Shown piece after piece: positions 22,700 through 33,602 of a stretch of 52,429 bases of DNA (the first letter of the stretch is position 1; each line of letters begins with the position of its first letter). The DNA is from Elsinoe ampelina. Lineage: Eukaryota. Under the pieces are notes generated by a model that made no database searches, was not told the origin of the DNA, and saw only the letters and a list, made by a program, of their open reading frames with translations. A program made the position numbers and the translations under genes. The stretch spans positions 1,217,047-1,269,475 of the forward strand of contig ML992501.1 in NCBI GenBank assembly GCA_010093995.1. The letters run 5' to 3'.

Positions 22700-25600
22700 T
22701 CAGAACTGTATCTCCCCAAAATCAAACTCCTCACTCTCCATCTCCCCCTCTCCACCACACACCATCCCCTCCATCCCCGCCTGCGCCGCCATCTCAGTAT
22801 TCAAATCCTTCAAACGTCCCATATAATCCACCTCATCCGCCCTCCCCTTGCCCTTCCCTTCCGCCCCTCTCCATGCCCCTTGCTCCTGCCCCTCTCTCGA
22901 CGAAGCCATCACCGGCCCCTCCATCATCTCCGCATTCAACCACTGCATCGGATCCAGCTCCTCCTGTTCCTGCGCCGAAGCCGTCGCGAACCCCGCGGGA
23001 AAAGGGTCAAACATGCACACGTCCCCCGTCATGGGGGTGTGGAGCATATGGGTACCGCTACTGGGCGTCTGGGTGCCGGTGGCTGTAGCGCTGAGGTCCA
23101 TGCCGGACATGCCAAAGTCGGACATCATCTGGTCGAGTTCTTCGGGCGTCAACTCCCCGGAACCTGGTCCCGAGCCGAGGTCTTGAACGGTGGGTATGCC
23201 ATAGGGGGTGTTGTCTTGGTTTTGGGAGGACGAAGCAGCGACTTCTTCCGCGATGCGTTGCCATTGCTCTTCTTCATCCGGGGTGAGGGAGCTGCCTTCT
23301 TGCGCGAGACTCCATTGCGCGGCGGTCATGTTGGCGGTCTGGCAGCCGACGTCGCGCGCGAGGATGGGGTTGTTGGTGCGGGTCGCGAAGTGGGCGGCGC
23401 GGGCGGCGGGGATGGGCATTTCGTCGTAGGATTTGTAGGTCTTTTCGTAGGCGGAGAGGCCGTTGCGTTGGGCGTGGGACCAGAGGCGGAGGCGTTCTTC
23501 CGGGGTGCCAGCAGGGACGGGACACGGTACGCGGGCGGCGATGGATGGGTTTGCAGCGGAGGTGGGAGAGCCGGTATGGGGAGAGGTGAGGGCCTTTTGG
23601 GCGATGATGAAGGGGACGCACATGCCGAGGTCGCCGTAGAGCTCGAGGTCTTCGGGCACTACGTTACCCACTCCGCCGAAGGTGGTAGGGATGATGTCGA
23701 GACCGTGAGCTTTCTTGAAGAGGTCTAGCCATTCCGGATTGTCCGCGGCGGTCTGATTCCACGGATCTTCGGACTCGTAGACGATCTTTCTTGCCTGGTT
23801 CTGGATCATGTCATCCGTCACCACTTGACCAGCGTCGGCCTGTGCTTTGACGAATTGGCCGAGCTCAATGGTTAAAATCTCCCAACACGTGGCTCGGGTT
23901 GCATCTCTGCCGCCACTAGTCGCGAGGCCACAAGTGTTGGTCCACTCACTTGAAGGCCATCCCTCTGGATCATCGGGCGCAGCACCTGGCATCGGCGTTT
24001 GACGGTGTGAGAAATTACCTCTACTGGCACTGAAGGGAATGGGTGAGTCTCGCTCCATTCCTATCAGATATGGTGGCATGGCGTTTAGCACGTTCGCAGC
24101 GACGTTTGGGTCGAGGCCACGACAGCGCTTCCAGTCCCGCATATGAGCGCCCTCGCGGAAGTGTGCTGCGAGGTGATCGTTGCGCTCCATCCATGATGTG
24201 AAGCGGGCATCGCAGAAACCACACCGAGATTTGATGAAGTCGGCAGATGCCTTCCACGACTCCATGTTGGGTTGCATAGTAGTGTGGTGCATGGGCCTGA
24301 GATGCTGTCTTAAGTGGTCTTTCCGGTAAAATGTGCGCGCTTCCAGACCTTTGGATTCGCATTCGCTGTGTCCGTGGGTATCAATGTGTGCTCTTGATGG
24401 GTTTTCTTCTCTGCAGTAGACGCAGGTCTTGATACCAGTGTGAGGGTCAGTGACGACAGGTCCGAGTGGTGCACATATCCACTTCTCCAGAGACAAGTGC
24501 AGTGTCTTTTCGTGGCGAGTCCAGTCATATTTGGTCTTGAACGTGTCACAGCAGAATGTGCATTGGAAGATGCGCTTCTTGTCATCTGCCGGGTCTTTCC
24601 TCAAAGGAGCTCTGACCTTCCTTTTGCGCCGACGATCACGCTTGCCATGCAGACCGGAGCCGAATGAGTTGTAGGATCCGTAAGATCCTGATGATCCATG
24701 AGACCAGGCGATGGAGCTGGTAGTGCCTGACCGCGAGTTACTTGACTCCCGCCCTGTCTCTTGCGAGGTGACGGATTGTGCCGGCTTTGAGAGTGATGCA
24801 CTGCCAGACCCGCGCTCGACGGACTGGTCGAAGGTTGATGCGGAAAGCGGTCGTGGTAGGATACTCGAGGATTTGTTGACGGCATCTGCGATAGCCTCCA
24901 TAGGAGCCGGTTCGTTCTCGGGGGGCGAATGTTGCCAACGTTCGAAGGGATTAAGCTGGCACGGTCAACCCGAAACTTCTATGATGCAACTACAGGTACT
25001 TACGTCGCGCCACTCTTTGGCCATGGTTGCTGCTGGGACGGTGATAGGTTGGCTAGCAGTGAAAGATGAGTTGGTAGACAGGCTACGGCGGTTGCTTGGG
25101 CCTGGCGAGTAAGCCCGTCGAGTGCTCTTCCCAACCTTTGACCGACGCCGGTAGTTGGCGAGCCAGGTGGTGATCTGGTTGGACTTGAGACCAGTCTTCT
25201 TCTCCAGCTCTATCTTCTCCTCATCGGTAGGGTAAGGATGATCCTGATTCTCGTCGACCCAGTCTCTCATGACCTTTACGGCGGCACGGGAGAATCGGAC
25301 AGCAGACTTCTTGCCGTCTTTCCCATCATCTGAGGTAGGTGCTGGCGCACCAGTCTTGGAGCGAAGCGTGCGTGTACCTGTGTAGGCGCCACGCTCAGTG
25401 CAGACGTCCTCTTGGACAGTGTGTAATGTGTCGACATGTTGGACATACTTGCCAGTGGCATTGACAGCATCAACCCCAGTATCCTTGCGGGAAATGCTTG
25501 CGAAACTGCAAGGTCTGAAAAGGGAATTGCATGAAGTACATGTGATCTTGCCAAAGTACATGAAGCAATCTAGGCCCTTTGAGCGACAATACTCGCATGG

Positions 25601-25933
25601 CTGATCCGGCTTGACGAAGGTAGGGATCCAGTTCTCGAAGTTGGCATAGTCCTCGGCGTCTCTTTCGACGGTGTTGAATGATTTGTACAGGTCGTTCATG
25701 CCACGCAGGCCAGTTATGCAGGTGCAGCTGTAGTAGGTTAGTGTTTGACCTGTTAGCTCACTAGTCGAAACTCACGCTCCAGCATTGTCGACGGACGGAC
25801 ATCCTGCTACGTGTGGTAGATTGGAGAGTGCTTGAGCAGTAGGACTGTCTGCAGACTGTTGCAATTCCTGAGTGAGCAAGTGTTCAAGATCATGCTCGAG
25901 TGAGGGGTTGACGCCAATGTCCCCAGACGACAT
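22700..25933 (-). CDS. Fungal homeobox plus C2H2 zinc-finger transcription factor, ~1045 aa (introns 24956-25003, 25728-25775)
   Basis: TALE-like homeodomain (HPYPT..WLANYRRR), C2H2 fingers (FQCTFCCDTFKTKYDWTRHEKTLH; CGFC..HLAAHF), N-terminal six-Cys cluster, and LNPFERWQHSPPENE after splicing. Confidence 0.9.
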
Positions 25934-26529
25934 GCTGACGGTGACTGTCAATCGACGACTGACAATGCCGTCGACGCCCTGTGAATCACTCTTCCAGGAA
26001 TCAATTTGTCAAAAGGTCAGTCAACCACCGCCCTTTGACGTCCAGAATAGGATGAACAAGAAACTTGACAAACAAGGGCCCTACAATTGTTTTACCTCGT
26101 GGAGAAACAGTCATACTCACTCATCACTACCGGATTGATGATTCAATTTTGACTTGGCACGCCCTTTGGACTTGACATGCGGCTCTTCCGACACCGCTCC
26201 GAAACTGAGTGCTGACATCAAACTGTTTCAAGGCTAGTCTGGCCGGAAAAGAGGGCTTATCAGTCCAGTCGGCAAATCACGACGCGTAGAAAATCAAGCT
26301 TACAAAGACGATTTCTCCGTCTTCGCGTGCACAGAGGTATAATGGCAGAGACGCGTGGAAAGTCAAAGGCTTCACAACGTTTTCGTTTCTGGCTCCACAT
26401 GCTTCCTACTGCGCTTGATGGTCGCCACATGTGTACACGGGGTTCTGCAAATCCCAGGATTGTATACATCGTTGATTGGCGACTACAGACGGATCTTCTT
26501 GTAGGTCAACAACGTTCCAGCACCTCAGC

Positions 26530-28356
26530 TTACACTTTCTCCGCCACCCTCTGCTCCCCGCTACTCCTTCCCTCCTCCGAGATCTCATCTGGACTCCTGC
26601 GCGCATGGTGATCGTGGTGCTGCTGGTCGCGATGCAGGGTGCGAGCGATGAGGTCGTGACCGGCGACTTCGTCCATATCGGTGTCGTCCTCAATGTCAGT
26701 GGACTGACCCAGCCTCTCCGGTCCGATGAAGGTTAAGAGGACAATGTATCCCAGAACAGCACCCATCAAGATGGCAATGACCAAGCCATAGTCGTACCTC
26801 TTTGTCGTCCCCCGCGGCGGAAGTGGGAACTGCTCGGCGGCTGTCGCCTCAATGGTTGTAGACGCACTCGAGATCAAGTTTCCAAGCTGGTACGTTGTTC
26901 CGACGAAGAAAGTTGCGAGTCCAGGTGGGCTGAGCTCGATCATGTGCGAAGGAATGATTCCCCATCCTCCTTGCACGCCAAAAAGCTCGAAGAAAGCCGG
27001 GGCAATGATGGCCTTGGATCTCATGAAGCAGTAAGGGTAAAGGAAGGCACCCGCAATGATACAGGTGATGATCAGGGAGAGACGGCGGCCGATGATGGAA
27101 GACACATGGCCGAAGAAGATGCCTCCAGTCACTGCGCCCAGATTGGCGACAACTTGTGTCACTGTCACGGCGTTCTTGGAGAAGCCGAGCTGTGTCCCAG
27201 TGAAGGTTGGGTAAAGATCGGAGCTGCCGTGAGAGCTGAAGTTCATGCCAGTGAGTAGCCTGATTGAGGTCAGCAGGTGGCAACGTCGCCTCGTTGATTG
27301 TACAAACAGCACAAGATATCCGAACAGCAGCCAATGTCTCTTGATTGCGACCTTGCCTTCCTTGACATATGTCCCACCTGCACCACCAGCTTCTTCACGG
27401 ACCGCAAGACGACGCTTGTAGGCTTGTGTCTCTGGAAGCCACAATCGGAAAGCAATCAAGAGAATTGGCGGGCAAGCTGCGAACCAGTAGAGCGGTCGCC
27501 AGCCATGAGGAGTGGTGTCGACGAGACCACGAGCAAAGACGGTGGCGAGCAACTATTGTCATCGGTCAGTCAAAGACCTCATGGTTCTCACTTCATCAAC
27601 TCACGTAGCCAACAGAGTATGCCTGCTGGTAGATACCAGCCATGATACCGCGAGCCTCAGGCGGGCAGTCATCGAGAGCAGTACTGTCATTGTCAGTCCG
27701 CCACTTCTCCATCATGATCAGTACGCAATCTTACATGGCAGCTGTACCATACATGCCTCCCATGGCAACACCGTACAAAGCACGAACGGCAATGAATTGT
27801 CCATAAGTGTTGCAGAAACCAGTCGCGAGCTCGAGGATGATAAAGAGCGTGCAGCAAATCACATATGGCGGCTTGCGACCATATCGATCCGCAATGACAC
27901 CGAAGATGATGGCGCCAACACTGCGGGTCATCTGCAAATTGTCAGCAGAACCTCCACTTCCCTGGGTGAGTAGAGCCATACCAAAGAGCAAGTAATCCCC
28001 CAAGTAATATCCGCCGGCGGCCTCCCAAACGCCGCAGAAAGCGGCGCAATCGTCAAGCTGACCGTGAAGAAATCCAGCGCTGGTACGCATCAGCCCCAAT
28101 CCACCACTCGCACATCAGTATGCCTACCATCCCACATCCACGCCAAAAACCCCGCGATGAAGAACAACCACTGCTCTTTGTTCAACAACCGCATCACCGC
28201 AATCGGGTTCCGGACCGGCTTCATCGCCGGCTTGAGCGTCGTGAACCGCGTCCTGATGTACTCTCCCACCGTCATCCTCGGCGCGGCAATCCCGTGAGCG
28301 TGGGTGGTGAAGCCATCGTCGCCTTCGATGTAGTCCGTCGTGCCTTTATGGGACAT
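26530..28356 (-). CDS. JEN1: Jen1/SHS-family MFS carboxylate:H+ symporter, ~525 aa (introns 27260-27307, 27553-27604, 27684-27734, 27932-27981, 28080-28127)
   Basis: Motifs WDALDFFTVS, ITWGIT, ADRYGRK, RALYGVAMGG, GWRPLYWF, NFSSHGSSDLYPT and TYQLGNL. Five introns give one continuous frame. Confidence 0.88.
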
Positions 28357-29489
28357 GGCTGCGGCTGTCTGAAAGGTTCCGGCAGGCGTCGCAGAATTCA
28401 GCAGCCAGGAAGGGAGAGAAGAAGTAAGAAGGAGGGCACAGGGCGACATATGTACAAACCTTCTCCCCCTCCTCTTCAATCCGTCGATCTTGACCGACCA
28501 GAAGGACCCGCACGTCCTCCCACTAAGCCCCCATGGGGCGTCTGCTCACTCACCTCGCGCCAGACCAGTGTGGGACAGGCGCATAGTTGGCCCGCCCGAT
28601 CACTGCATACCCCGCAGATACAAGCACGGGACGATCTGTCACCTCGTGCAAAAACGGGCTACCAAAGCTGGAGATAGCGCGAGGAGAAGAACACCATGTG
28701 GATCTCTCTTCGTCGCCGGAAAATGTCCCGGGAAAAGACTGGATGTGCGGCTCCAGGCCAAGCTTTGGGGCGCCGTGGGGATAAGCTTTGACAAGCTTGG
28801 TCAAGCTCCAGGCTGGGGGACGGCAGGTCGCCTTGGGGGTTGCGTACCGTGATTGGGGATGGGTGGTGATGCGTGATGATGTAGGGGCTGTGATTGGATC
28901 TGGCCGTTAGGTGTGGGAGCTCGTGGGTCGTGAGAACCTTTTGCCGGCTTGAGGGTTGTGTGGTTTTGGATCTGCATTCAGGTTGGAGGATTCCACGTGG
29001 TGATGCTTTACAGCTTGCATAGAGTTCGGTATGACAGGTTTGAGATTTCGAGGTGACGCGGATCTTGTGTCTAGATTCTAGCTCAACCTCCTGTGTTATT
29101 AGAAAGGTCATCCTTGCGAAGCTTGACGATTCTCGTGTTGCTAAAGGACGAGTGTGGGGACTCCACAATACCTACTCAACCCCACAAGCAGGAATTGGCA
29201 TGGTGCCGATTATCCGAGAGTGACATGGCCATAAATTATGAATGGTGGCGCGCTAGACCAGGCACACAGATGCACGATGTATCTTAGTCGTGACCTTTTG
29301 GAGTGACCGAGACACATGCATTCCGCTTTCGTTATAGTTGTACATCATGCGCACACATCTCCAATGCCAAACTGAACGATTTCCTGACTTCCAAACAGCC
29401 CCCAAGCCTCGGAACATTGACGCACCAAGGATGGCTTAAACAGCTGTCCAGCAGCATGCAGTAAACAGGTGACAACGATAATCGGCTCA

Positions 29490-32400
29490 TCAAGCCTTCT
29501 CCTTCCCTCTCACCAACGCCATCCTCTCCTCCTTCAAAACCACCTCGGCCAACACCCTTGCAACCCAGTCCGCCTCAATCGGGCCCCTCATTGCCCTCAC
29601 CTCCTTCGGCGCCCGTCCCTCGCCAGCAAAAGCAAACCAAGTACCGTGTCTACCCCTAGTGTCCCAGCCCTTTGCTTGCTTTGCGCCTTCATCGCCCCAT
29701 TCGCCGTTCCGCTCTAGCCTGCTCCGCTCGGCATCGTCGACGAGGAGGTACATGAATGCGTTAATTGCGCGGAGATGGTCGGTCGTGAAAGTCAGTGAGG
29801 TGTGAAAGGTGGGACTGTCGTAGGTTTCGCCGATCATGGCCGTGAGGGAGGAAGAGAGTGGGACGACGGAGGTGCTTGGGACTATTGTGCTTTTCTGGTG
29901 GAGGAGGACCGAGTGCAAAAGGCGATGGAGGGTGCGGGCATGACACATTGTGAACGGATGACAGGGAGTCAGTAGCCCGTACTTGCGTCGAAGGCGGAGA
30001 ATAGCATCGGATGTGTTCGTCTCGGGGATTGAGGTGGAGTCGCGCACGACTGGATATGCTGCTGGAGAAGGGATGACGTCGGTGTCTGAAGGTTCTGCCT
30101 CCTGGATGCTTGGAAGTGAAATTCCGGGGTCATGCTGAGAGCTCCTCGCTGAAGAAGGACGTGTCAAATGCTGTTTGGTCGAAGGCGATGCGTCATCCGC
30201 AGAAGTCTGAGATGTGATTACCGACCAGAACGACGTGTTCATCCTGGATAACAAAGACTTTGGCCGCTGCGGTGTCGACTGCACGAGTGCAGGAGTAGAG
30301 ATCGGCTCTTCCTCGACGGCACCATCGAGCCCCTGTGACTGGACCGATTCTCCAAGTGGTGCATTGTCGTCGAACAATGAATGGTACTTCCGGGGCGACA
30401 AGACGGGTCGCGGAGTGGCGGCGGTCGACATGTGGCTACTGTCGTTGAACTTGACTCTAATCTTGGTAGGCGAAGAAAGGTTGAGGTTCTCAACGTAGCT
30501 ACGGGAGCCATTGAGGTAAGTGGTTTCGAAGCCCGATTGCTCGTCTTGATATTCGAACTCGGACTCAGAATGCGGCGATTGCTGGCCTGTCTCAACGTTC
30601 TGTCTTTTGTCTTGAGCCGCCATTTCGGACAACAATTGCCTCGTGTCAGAAGCGACACTAGCCCCATCGTGGTCTATTTCGCTCTCTTCAGGAGTATGCT
30701 GATCATGGTCTCCATCCTCGGATGTTTCGGCTCCTTCTTCCAATTCCATCTGTCGTGTGTGCGGAATAGGCTGATGCGCAACCTCGTGGCGCTGCGGTCT
30801 TGTGATATGGCGGTCGGGATTTCCAGAAACTGGACTACCTCCGATCTTGCTGCTCTTCAAGAGACTCTTCCTCAATGGAGAACTGAGTACAGCCGACTTC
30901 TGGGTGCTGTGTACACTGCCAGCTACTGGTCGCATCTTGATTGGGCTTCGGACCAGAGCCGGTCTTTTCACCGCAGACGAAATGACTGATTTGCCGGGAC
31001 TGCTGATGGGCAATAGCTCGCTCAGAGCACTGAGCTCCGTCGTATGTTGCGCTTTACGTCGGCCCTGGAACACATTCGGCAGATTGCTGTGCCAGAACAG
31101 TCCAGTGTCGTCACCGTCGATAGACCCAGCCTCAGAGAATGGGCTCAAAACTTCATCACTCAGGTCTTCTTCTTGGGCTTTCTCCACTTCGAAACCGGTC
31201 GTGATGTTCTGCTTCGCACCACTTTCATGAACGTCCTGAAATGAATCGTGCGGTTCTTCATCGACCTCGTCTTCGTCGTCCGTGGCGGGAGGTGTCACCA
31301 CGCCGCTTTCCTTGCCGGACGACTCGGCACTACTGACCTGACGTTGAATGACAGTTTCCGGCTCGGGAGAATCGCTGTAATAAAAATGGTTGCCAGAAGT
31401 CCTTCTCCAAGTTCCAGGTATTTTACTCCTGCGTGGTGCAGGGACTTGCTCGAGTAACGCTGAGACTTCGTCTTGTTGTTCTTCAACTTCGATCGATCGG
31501 CTGGCTTCTTCCTGCCAGATGTCTGCTTCCTCCTCGCCCGGGTTCGAACCCGAAGCTTCAATGCCTGATCTGACGTTGGTTCGATCTGGTTGCGAGACAT
31601 CACTGTCGTTCACGGATTCGCCTCCTTCGTGTAAGGGGTCGTCGTCATCATCGTCGTCATCTTCCAAGTCCTCCTCAGAATCGGACGGCACGACGATCAC
31701 GTTCGATCGGATTTGGGGTCGACTCTGCTGAGGGGAGGCGGTTGTGGTGGTCAATTTAGGTGGGGAGACAGAGTGTGAAGGGCCAGTTGGAGCCCAGCTC
31801 ATCAAGTCGTATGAGCGCCGGGAGATGTTGGTCGGTGGTTCAATGATTGATGGCTCATGCATCGAGGGTGAGATACGAGGATAAACGGGTGGACCAGAGC
31901 TGAGGGTTGATGCTGATTTGTCTTGGTCTCGATCGTCCGGAGTAGGCAGACGATGGTCTGACCGACACACTTCGAGTGCAGGATATGTGATACCGGAGCT
32001 ATTCGAATGTCCCTGTCGCGTATGTGACGAGCTTCCGCAAGACTCCCTATCCGCTATGGCAGCTCCCATCTGCAAAGACTCGCGCAATTGACGCCTAGTA
32101 TCTGCACTGAAGCCAGCAAATAAATTGCCTGAATTGACACTATCTCTGGAAGCCGTTGCCATTCTGTCTGGACTTCGCACAATGTCTTGCAAGACTTTGC
32201 CTGATCTGACGGCACTCTCCCGTAATGGAGTCATTAGCTGAGGGAATTTGATGAAGGACTGCAGGGGCGCATCTGGCTGCTCGGGAGACTGCATCAACTG
32301 GGGAGTGTGCAGAGGGAAGGACAGAGCCGGTGGTGAGGAGGGCATATACGACACTGAGACATTGGCAGCTTCATGTATCCCTTGCGGTACAGGTTTGCTT

Positions 32401-33167
32401 CCGGAAGATTGATGGCTGCTCAGAGAGTCGACAGATATCATACTGAACTCCTCGTTTTCGATGGTGGTGGCATCGCCTGGGGCAATATTTGGCAGGTCTT
32501 CGGCAATGTCGAAGTGGTCATCCTGATCAGCCATCTGCTCGCTACCATCCTTGTGATTCACGGTAGATGGACTGGGTGAAAACGATCTTTGCTGTCTGGC
32601 GCCAACTTGAATCTCCTCATCATGCTGAGTAGTGGACCCGAGTTTTTCGAACGCCAGAGTGGGTTGTGCAGTTTCTTGTGACTTTTGTGTTCGAGGCGAT
32701 GATGGCTTTGGGGCGGCATCCGTGGCCTCATCGTCACCGTCGTTGCAGCCCAGGGATCCTCCTCTGGAAGCACCAGCAAGCTTCGTTGACCTCCTGGTCA
32801 CCCTTCGAGGCGCAACTTGACTGTTCTGAGATATCACAGACTTTCGAGGCCGGCCTCTACGCTTGACCGGTGAGGACTGCATGTTGTCGTTGATGGGAAC
32901 TTTGGTTGTTTGTTTGCCGGCTTGTGCGGCGCGTCGTGTAACACTTCTGTCGATGCCAAATCCTGGTTCAGCCTCAACCGTGACTTTAATCTTCCATGGC
33001 GACTGTCCGTTTGGGTCCCTTGTATTGAGTACGATGGTCTTTGACGGCGAGATGAGATTGCTCGATTTTGGCCGTATAGGTGTGCCTGCTCGCTGCGGCT
33101 TTGCTGGAGACGAATCCGCTAGAATCGAGATAGGGTCAGGCGATGATGCAAGGTTGTCATTCTCCAT
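29490..33167 (-). CDS. Large, mostly disordered AT-hook protein, 1225 aa
   Basis: Long uninterrupted ORF with an AT-hook (KRRGRPRKS), SPWKIKVTVEAEP, many SP/TP sites and a small folded-looking C-terminus. Confidence 0.8.
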   Translation of the reverse strand: MENDNLASSPDPISILADSSPAKPQRAGTPIRPKSSNLISPSKTIVLNTRDPNGQSPWKIKVTVEAEPGFGIDRSVTRRAAQAGKQTTKVPINDNMQSSPVKRRGRPRKSVISQNSQVAPRRVTRRSTKLAGASRGGSLGCNDGDDEATDAAPKPSSPRTQKSQETAQPTLAFEKLGSTTQHDEEIQVGARQQRSFSPSPSTVNHKDGSEQMADQDDHFDIAEDLPNIAPGDATTIENEEFSMISVDSLSSHQSSGSKPVPQGIHEAANVSVSYMPSSPPALSFPLHTPQLMQSPEQPDAPLQSFIKFPQLMTPLRESAVRSGKVLQDIVRSPDRMATASRDSVNSGNLFAGFSADTRRQLRESLQMGAAIADRESCGSSSHTRQGHSNSSGITYPALEVCRSDHRLPTPDDRDQDKSASTLSSGPPVYPRISPSMHEPSIIEPPTNISRRSYDLMSWAPTGPSHSVSPPKLTTTTASPQQSRPQIRSNVIVVPSDSEEDLEDDDDDDDDPLHEGGESVNDSDVSQPDRTNVRSGIEASGSNPGEEEADIWQEEASRSIEVEEQQDEVSALLEQVPAPRRSKIPGTWRRTSGNHFYYSDSPEPETVIQRQVSSAESSGKESGVVTPPATDDEDEVDEEPHDSFQDVHESGAKQNITTGFEVEKAQEEDLSDEVLSPFSEAGSIDGDDTGLFWHSNLPNVFQGRRKAQHTTELSALSELLPISSPGKSVISSAVKRPALVRSPIKMRPVAGSVHSTQKSAVLSSPLRKSLLKSSKIGGSPVSGNPDRHITRPQRHEVAHQPIPHTRQMELEEGAETSEDGDHDQHTPEESEIDHDGASVASDTRQLLSEMAAQDKRQNVETGQQSPHSESEFEYQDEQSGFETTYLNGSRSYVENLNLSSPTKIRVKFNDSSHMSTAATPRPVLSPRKYHSLFDDNAPLGESVQSQGLDGAVEEEPISTPALVQSTPQRPKSLLSRMNTSFWSVITSQTSADDASPSTKQHLTRPSSARSSQHDPGISLPSIQEAEPSDTDVIPSPAAYPVVRDSTSIPETNTSDAILRLRRKYGLLTPCHPFTMCHARTLHRLLHSVLLHQKSTIVPSTSVVPLSSSLTAMIGETYDSPTFHTSLTFTTDHLRAINAFMYLLVDDAERSRLERNGEWGDEGAKQAKGWDTRGRHGTWFAFAGEGRAPKEVRAMRGPIEADWVARVLAEVVLKEERMALVRGKEKA

Positions 33168-33373
33168 GTCGTAACTTGTGTCGATGCGTGTAGAGCTCTC
33201 GGACTAGGTAGTCGCGCCCGTTGAGGTGTCACTGGGAGGAGTTTACCGACTAGGAGTGCAAGCGTAAACAGTGTCCAAGTGAGACCCGTGTGAGGTTTAT
33301 CGTCAGTCCATGAGAACCATGTCGAAGAGAGATCCTTTGCGATGAAAAGTCTAGATATCCCTTGCTAGACCCT

Positions 33374-33441
33374 GCGCGTGTTCGTGAGCTGTCGAATGTG
33401 TACCGAAACACAATTGACGTCACGTGAGAGCGCGAGTCGCG
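33374..33441. promoter_or_regulatory. Motif cluster in the 435-bp divergent promoter between the AT-hook gene and GEN1
   Basis: GCGCGT (33374); overlapping palindromes TGACGTCA (33415-33422) and TCACGTGA (33420-33427); inverted pair CGCGA-G-TCGCG (33431-33441). Function is inferred. Confidence 0.4.
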
Positions 33442-33602
33442 ACAGAATTCGGTCGTCACGGCAACCGCCACCCTCTTTGACTTTCTGCCTGAGCACCCCG
33501 CATATCACCTGCAGTCAACCACGACTCAAATATGTATGGCACGGGTTTCATCATGGCCATTCTCACATCGTGAAATCTGAGCAGCAGCTCCATCGAGGAG
33601 CG

